In this document: positions 59,405-64,000 of the stretch, piece by piece
Layout: every line of letters begins with the position of its first letter
How positions within the stretch are numbered: position 1 is the first letter of the stretch
Origin: Candidatus Woesearchaeota archaeon
GTDB lineage: Archaea; Nanobdellota; Nanobdellia; Woesearchaeales; GCA-2686295
Assembly (NCBI GenBank): GCA_013202845.1
Contig: JABMPT010000008.1
Coordinates: forward strand, 5,415 to 69,414
Reading direction: 5' to 3'
DNA: 64,000 bases
The notes under the pieces: model-generated
What the model saw: the letters and a program-made list of their open reading frames with translations, nothing else
Database searches by the model: none
What the model was told of the DNA's origin: nothing
Position numbers and translations under genes: made by a program

Positions 59405-60364
59405 ATGAGCATCAAACTAGATACAAAAGATAAAAAGATACTGTACGAGTTAGACTTAAACAGCAGACAATCGCTCAACCAGATAGGAAAAAAAGTCGGA
59501 TTGCCAAAGAATGTAGTGGCATATAGAATAAACAGGTTGGAAGAACAAGGAGTGATCCAGAACTATCACACTGTTGTAGATGCCTCAAAACTAGGATATA
59601 ATAGTTTGAGATTCTATCTGAAGTTTCAATACACAGACGAAAAGAAAGAGGCAGAGATAAAAGAGTATTTCATAAAAAGCAAGCTGACATGGTGGATTGG
59701 AAGAGGAGAACCTTTGTATGACTTGGGAATGGTATTCTGGCTGAAAGACTACAATGCGTTCCATGAGTTCTGGAAACAGACACTGGAGAAATATGGGCTC
59801 TATTTCAAGGAACAGACAATATATCCTTACATGAAATTGCAGCACTACAACTATTCTTTTCTAACAAATAAAAAACATCAAATGAAACTAGTTACAGGAG
59901 GAAATAAGCAAGTGAATTATGATGACAAGGATTTTGAAATACTGAAGATGCTTGCTGCAAATGCTAGAATTAACATAACTGAGATAGCAAAGAAAACATC
60001 GCTCACAGTCAACACGGTGAAGCAGAGAATGAAGAGAATGACTGATAAAGGGATTATTGTGGGGTACAGGACAAACTTTGACCTGAATAAATTAGGATTG
60101 ATATTTGTAAAGATAAACATCAATCTAAAAGAATACAAGCAAGCAAGTAAAATAATATCTTATATAGAGCAAGACCCAAAGCTCATCTACATAGATTTCA
60201 CAATAGGATATGCAGACCTGGAGATAGAATACCTAATAGAAGATTTAGAGGAAATAAAAAAAATAATGGAAGATATAAGACAGAAGTTCCCAGGAGAAGT
60301 TACTGATTACAGCTACTTCATATACAAAGAACTATACAAGGTACAATTGATGCCAGAAGAATAA
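59405..60364 (+). CDS. tandem Lrp/AsnC-family transcriptional regulator
   Basis: Two HTH_AsnC-like modules (DKKILYELDLNSRQS..IGK and DFEILKMLAANARINITEIAK). Confidence 0.65.
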   Translation: MSIKLDTKDKKILYELDLNSRQSLNQIGKKVGLPKNVVAYRINRLEEQGVIQNYHTVVDASKLGYNSLRFYLKFQYTDEKKEAEIKEYFIKSKLTWWIGRGEPLYDLGMVFWLKDYNAFHEFWKQTLEKYGLYFKEQTIYPYMKLQHYNYSFLTNKKHQMKLVTGGNKQVNYDDKDFEILKMLAANARINITEIAKKTSLTVNTVKQRMKRMTDKGIIVGYRTNFDLNKLGLIFVKININLKEYKQASKIISYIEQDPKLIYIDFTIGYADLEIEYLIEDLEEIKKIMEDIRQKFPGEVTDYSYFIYKELYKVQLMPEE

Positions 60365-60925
60365 TTACCTATCAACAAACAATAAATGCTTCTCTACTCC
60401 AGTCAATTCCTGCATGATTCTCTTCTGTATAACTGTCTCTGGATCAGGCATTAGCTTTACTCTCTTCTTTATGTCATCGAAGTCTTTGAAAGGTTCTCCT
60501 TTTCTTTCCTCAACTATCTCCCACATATGCTTTTTTCCTACACCTGGCAGTAATTCGATTATATGCATCCTTGTACTCAATGGCTGTGCCTTGTTGAAGA
60601 ATTCTACAAATCTTTTTTGATGATTATGAACTAATTGTTTTACTGCATGCGCTAACTCTGACTTTGCTGTATGTGTCAATTTGTCAGGTGTTATCTTTCC
60701 GTTTATGTGGTGTATCTTCTCTCTTTTAGCCTCACCAATATACACTTCTTCATAAGGTTGCAAGAATATTCCTTTCTTTGGAACAAGTTCTAGAAGTGTG
60801 AAGTTCTCTTTGCCTATGGCTTGCACTATAGGAGTTTTCATATGACTAGGCCGAGAATCAAAGGGGTAGCCGTTCGGCAAGAAGTCTAGCACTATAGCTT
60901 CCTCTTCCTTTCTCCTAGGTAACAT
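60365..60925 (-). CDS. DUF655/COG1491-like archaeal nucleic-acid-binding protein
   Basis: LLPGVGKK HhH-like motif; archaeal-specific family resemblance. Confidence 0.5.
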   Translation of the reverse strand: MLPRRKEEEAIVLDFLPNGYPFDSRPSHMKTPIVQAIGKENFTLLELVPKKGIFLQPYEEVYIGEAKREKIHHINGKITPDKLTHTAKSELAHAVKQLVHNHQKRFVEFFNKAQPLSTRMHIIELLPGVGKKHMWEIVEERKGEPFKDFDDIKKRVKLMPDPETVIQKRIMQELTGVEKHLLFVDR

Positions 60926-61043
60926 TTTGCTTCCCCCGAGTCTTTCTTAATTTAATTGTTTATAAATCTTTTGTTGAAAATCGCTTAGAAATCTAAAAAC
61001 TTTAAAGTTTTTAGGTCCTTAAAAAGCGATGCTTTTTCAGAAG

Positions 61044-61391
61044 TCACTTAAGATATTCCTGGACAACTTTGATTATTTTTGTCATGTCTTCGTTCTTGAC
61101 AGACAAGGTGTATCCCTGTAATATCACTTTCAATTCAGCGACTGAAGCAGGCATCAAGTCAACGATTTTTTGAATGAACTCTTCCTTCAACCTGGTGATG
61201 TTCAGCTTTCTAAGTTTATTAACCATTTCATCAGCGTCTTTCTTTGACATCTTTGCAAAGTCATTCAAATATTCTTCAGTCTTATTCCCTCTGAATGTGA
61301 GCTCTTCATCCCTTTTTTTTATTGCTTTAAGTTCTTGTCTTAATTCAACTACGTTGATTGGAACTTTTCCTACTATTTCTGGTTTCGACAT
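61044..61391 (-). CDS. rpoF: DNA-directed RNA polymerase subunit Rpo4/F
   Basis: Alignable with archaeal RpoF (I..KIVDLMP...L..I.....ED..KIIKVV.EY). Confidence 0.55.
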   Translation of the reverse strand: MSKPEIVGKVPINVVELRQELKAIKKRDEELTFRGNKTEEYLNDFAKMSKKDADEMVNKLRKLNITRLKEEFIQKIVDLMPASVAELKVILQGYTLSVKNEDMTKIIKVVQEYLK

Positions 61392-61685
61392 TTAACTCAC
61401 CCTTTTCAGATGTACGGGATGTACAACCACTGTTTTTTCCTTGGTGAAGTCTTTTATCTTGACTTCGTAGCATTCTCCTCTCTGCTTGGTCACTGTTCCT
61501 GTTTTTCCATGGAATCTTAGGAAGTATTGTCCTTTCTGGTATGCAGGTTCTGCTTTCAATGCGACTCGGTCTCCTTGTTTGAATTTTTGTAAGAAATCGC
61601 TAATCTTAATTTTACCTCTTTGTCTAATATTTTTCGAGAGCTTCTGCCTGCTCTTTCTCATCCTGCCTCCTATTCTCTTTACCAT
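61392..61685 (-). CDS. 50S ribosomal protein L21e
   Basis: Canonical L21e sequence (G.R.G.R..F.....KG....Y......F..G..V....D.....G.PH..YHG.TG.V). Confidence 0.85.
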   Translation of the reverse strand: MVKRIGGRMRKSRQKLSKNIRQRGKIKISDFLQKFKQGDRVALKAEPAYQKGQYFLRFHGKTGTVTKQRGECYEVKIKDFTKEKTVVVHPVHLKRVS

Positions 61686-61846
61686 GGCTTCTGAGGAAAA
61701 GTAAAGGGTTTATAAAGATTACTAATGGAATAAATGAAAAAATTTAAATATTTCTTCATCCTAGTAACTTATTGTTGTGATGATCAACGTTTTTCTTTCA
61801 AAAAACCCTTTAGAATCTAGTTTAAGCTTTAAACAAAAGATGCCAG

Positions 61847-61948
61847 ATGGATGAAGCATTACTTGAATTGGTAGAAAACTGCCCTGCATGCGGAGAAAGA
61901 TTGTTTCCTGAAGATGTAGTATGCTCGAAGTGTGGATCAGATATCTAA
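61847..61948 (+). CDS. tiny zinc-ribbon ORF (CPxCG...CxxCG)
   Basis: 33 aa, MDEALLELVENCPACGERLFPEDVVCSKCGSDI. Convergent 4-nt overlap with the L11 gene. Unverified. Confidence 0.2.
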   Translation: MDEALLELVENCPACGERLFPEDVVCSKCGSDI

Positions 61949-62721
61949 GATTCAGAATCTTCCTTAGGTTCTGCTTCTTTAGGAGCTTCCTTAGCTTCGC
62001 CTTCAGCAGCTTCTGCAACTTCAGCAGTCTCTACAGGTAGAAGTCTGTTAATTGTATCGTCGTGGATCTCTGCTTCGTGGAGTTTTGCAACTATTGCAGA
62101 TCTCTCTTTGCCTTCCATGGAGCCAATTATCTCTTTAGCTTTGGCATCTTCCTCTGCGTGTTTCTCTGCCAGCTCAGCCTGTAGAGCTTTTCTTTCTTCT
62201 TCAAGTTTCTTTTTCTCTTCTTCTGAAAGCTCTGTCTTTTCCGCTGTAATCTCTTTGTCAAATTTTCCTTCTTCAATTAATTTTATGGCTTCTGAAGCTT
62301 TCACTCCTTCAACTTTTATACCCATGGAATTGCATGTTCCTACGATCTCTTTGACCTTGTTCTTCATGTCTTTTCCTAGAAGTGCTGTTTCTTTCATCTT
62401 TGCAATCTTTATTATTTGCTCGATGACAAGGTCTGCCACAAATTCTTCCTGTGCTCTTCCTGATCCTTTATCAACACCTGCTTCTTTTTTTATCAATGCT
62501 GAAGCTGGCGGGGTTCCGACGCTTATTGAGAATGCTTTTGTTTCATCGTTAACTTCGACTTTTACAGGTACTTGCATGCCTTTGAATGCTTGAGTCTTAT
62601 TGTTAATCTCTGCAACTACTTCTCCTATGTTGACTCCTAATGGTCCTAGAGCTGGACCTAGAGGTGGAGCTGCTGTAGCTTTTCCTCCTTCAATTAATGA
62701 TTCAACTGTTTGCGTTCCCAT
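61945..62721 (-). CDS. rpl11: 50S ribosomal protein L11 with about 110-aa acidic Glu/Lys/Ala-rich C-terminal extension
   Basis: N-terminal PPLGPALGPLGVNI and GTPPASALIKKEAG L11 signatures. The tail (AEVAEAAEGEAKEAPKEAEPKEDSES) resembles a stalk P-protein. Confidence 0.85.
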   Translation of the reverse strand: MGTQTVESLIEGGKATAAPPLGPALGPLGVNIGEVVAEINNKTQAFKGMQVPVKVEVNDETKAFSISVGTPPASALIKKEAGVDKGSGRAQEEFVADLVIEQIIKIAKMKETALLGKDMKNKVKEIVGTCNSMGIKVEGVKASEAIKLIEEGKFDKEITAEKTELSEEEKKKLEEERKALQAELAEKHAEEDAKAKEIIGSMEGKERSAIVAKLHEAEIHDDTINRLLPVETAEVAEAAEGEAKEAPKEAEPKEDSES

Positions 62722-62767
62722 GGTCGTGAAGAAAAAGATGACTGTTTATAAAGATTACTATTAACCT

Positions 62768-63391
62768 TCATAGTGATTCATCAGTAACTTTCTCTGGTTC
62801 TAAGTCTGATGTGTATGCTGCGTGTTCTGAGAAGAGCCATTCTCTTAGTTGCTTGAAATTCTTTATTCTTTCCTTTGTTTCTTCAAATTGTTTCAAGCTT
62901 TCTTTTTCCTTTTCTTTTTTTGCAGCCATAAGGTTCTCATCAATGCCTTCGTCATCAACTGTTAAGAATGTGAGTTTATGTTTCACTGGTAATGGTTTTA
63001 ACGAGTATACCCATTCAAATATTGCTTTTGTCCTGGGCATGTGGAATTCTGATGTTATTATGCACACTTTTTTCAATTTTTTTGGCTCTGTGAAGAATGC
63101 TCTTGCAAAATATGCATTGCCTATGGTGTCCATTGATTCTTCTTCTCTAAATATATTCTCCTTAGGGATTCTTCTTCTTATGAGATAATTAGCTGCTGCA
63201 ACTGATTCCATGATCGGATTTCCTCTGTAATCAAGAACTGGTGGTTTGTGGGTTGTTCCCTTGCTTAAGCAGATTACTATCTCTTCGTCATATATATCTA
63301 TTGCCTTGTCTAATCTCCTTTTTGTCCACTCAGGAACCTCTCCTATTGGCCTTACGCCTCCCCCAGGAATCAAGATTGCATCGTATCCCAT
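62768..63391 (-). CDS. DUF218 (YdcF/ElyC/SanA-like) domain protein
   Basis: GYDAILIPGGGV and the SEFHM..R region. Confidence 0.55.
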   Translation of the reverse strand: MGYDAILIPGGGVRPIGEVPEWTKRRLDKAIDIYDEEIVICLSKGTTHKPPVLDYRGNPIMESVAAANYLIRRRIPKENIFREEESMDTIGNAYFARAFFTEPKKLKKVCIITSEFHMPRTKAIFEWVYSLKPLPVKHKLTFLTVDDEGIDENLMAAKKEKEKESLKQFEETKERIKNFKQLREWLFSEHAAYTSDLEPEKVTDESL

Positions 63392-63461
63392 GAAAAAGGT
63401 GAAGATGGTCTTTGTTTTAAATATTTCTAAAAGAGTATGAGTAGAAACGAACTAAGGATTA

Positions 63462-63842
63462 TTAATGCTTCTTTCTGTGAAGGAAAATTGTTAGGAAAGC
63501 CAGAACTATCACTAAACCGCCAACATAACCTATTACTCTAGAGCTCTTTACGCGGGCAGGGCTTTCAACCAAGGGCATGTTTTCAATATCAATGTTTGCA
63601 TCTATTTTAGGTATTAATTTGTATGCCTTATCACATGAGTCTTCGCATATGCCGTATCCTCCTACATCACAGCACACACCTGTAAAGCAATCAACATCAG
63701 AATCACAGAGTTCTTTGCATTCTCCATCTCCGCAGTACATTGACTGCACAACATGACCTGTTATAGATGCTCCTAAGAAATAAATTAAACCTGTCAGTCC
63801 GACGATGAAAACGAACAAAAAAGCAATCTCTCTTTCTTTCAT
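63462..63842 (-). CDS. membrane-anchored Cys-rich protein (CGDGEC motif)
   Basis: Signal/TM N-terminus, Cys-rich core (YCGDGECKELCDSDVDCFTGVCC...), C-terminal TM helix. Same Cys-rich module as 6937-7668. Confidence 0.45.
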   Translation of the reverse strand: MKEREIAFLFVFIVGLTGLIYFLGASITGHVVQSMYCGDGECKELCDSDVDCFTGVCCDVGGYGICEDSCDKAYKLIPKIDANIDIENMPLVESPARVKSSRVIGYVGGLVIVLAFLTIFLHRKKH

Positions 63843-63889
63843 AGCATTGTCTGTGGAAGGTATAATATATAAATATTACTAAAAAAGAA

Positions 63890-64000
63890 TTATTCTTCTT
63901 CCTCTTCCCTTCTGATGACTTTCACAGAGTCTATCTTTACGGTTATAGGGATTGGAACTGCGGCTTCGAGAAGCTCGACAACGACTTCTCCTTTCTGCTT
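63890..64000 (-). CDS. partial CDS (C-terminal end ...ITVKIDSVKVIRREEEEE), N-terminal part beyond the window
   Basis: Open frame to the window edge; stop at 63890-63892. Confidence 0.3.
   Translation of the reverse strand, partial: KQKGEVVVELLEAAVPIPITVKIDSVKVIRREEEEE

Noticed and set aside
1-64000. CRISPR array, rRNA genes, integrase/transposase
   Set aside because: There are no regularly spaced direct repeats with unique spacers. No rRNA-like conserved stretches were seen. No ORF has integrase or transposase motifs. Only one tRNA (His) was recognised by eye, though a systematic scan could find more.

Overview
This is a low-GC (~30-35%) archaeal chromosomal window, possibly from an uncultivated DPANN-type archaeon. 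The archaeal assignment rests on ribosomal proteins L15e/L21e/L31e/L39e/S19e/L11, aIF6, prefoldin, Rpo4/F, BRE/TATA-like promoters and a tRNA-His with an encoded G-1. The right half (about 36-64 kb) is housekeeping: rpiB, rpe, cysE-cysK, alaX, metK, ftsY, prs, hisS plus tRNA-His, and ribosomal proteins. The left part (about 3.5-19 kb) looks like an accessory defense island. It contains: (i) a variant three-Cys (C-x3-C-x3-C) radical-SAM/SplB-like gene with a TcmP-like partner, next to an RNxxxH (HEPN-like) gene; (ii) a tightly coupled five-gene operon RHH - MORC/MutL-type GHKL ATPase - two unknown proteins - D12-class Dam-like N6-adenine methyltransferase, capped by a convergent second HEPN-like gene; this is a candidate undescribed restriction-modification/defense module; (iii) a DpnII-like three-component GATC R-M cassette (Dam-like alpha MTase, beta-class MTase, PD-(D/E)XK nuclease) with an inverted nuclease pair. 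The island is peppered with mosaic short intergenic repeats, including a GC-rich hairpin 12-mer GTGCCCCGAGCG seen at 7 loci. The middle (19-35 kb) carries segmentally duplicated cassettes (paralogous 156-aa genes, three TPR paralogs, shared promoter blocks), Fic, NYN, DEAD and Ski2-like helicases, and a GC-richer two-gene patch. No CRISPR array, rRNA, integrase or transposase was recognised. The ORF track uses alternative start codons (TTG/GTG are shown as M), so several starts were moved to the first ATG.
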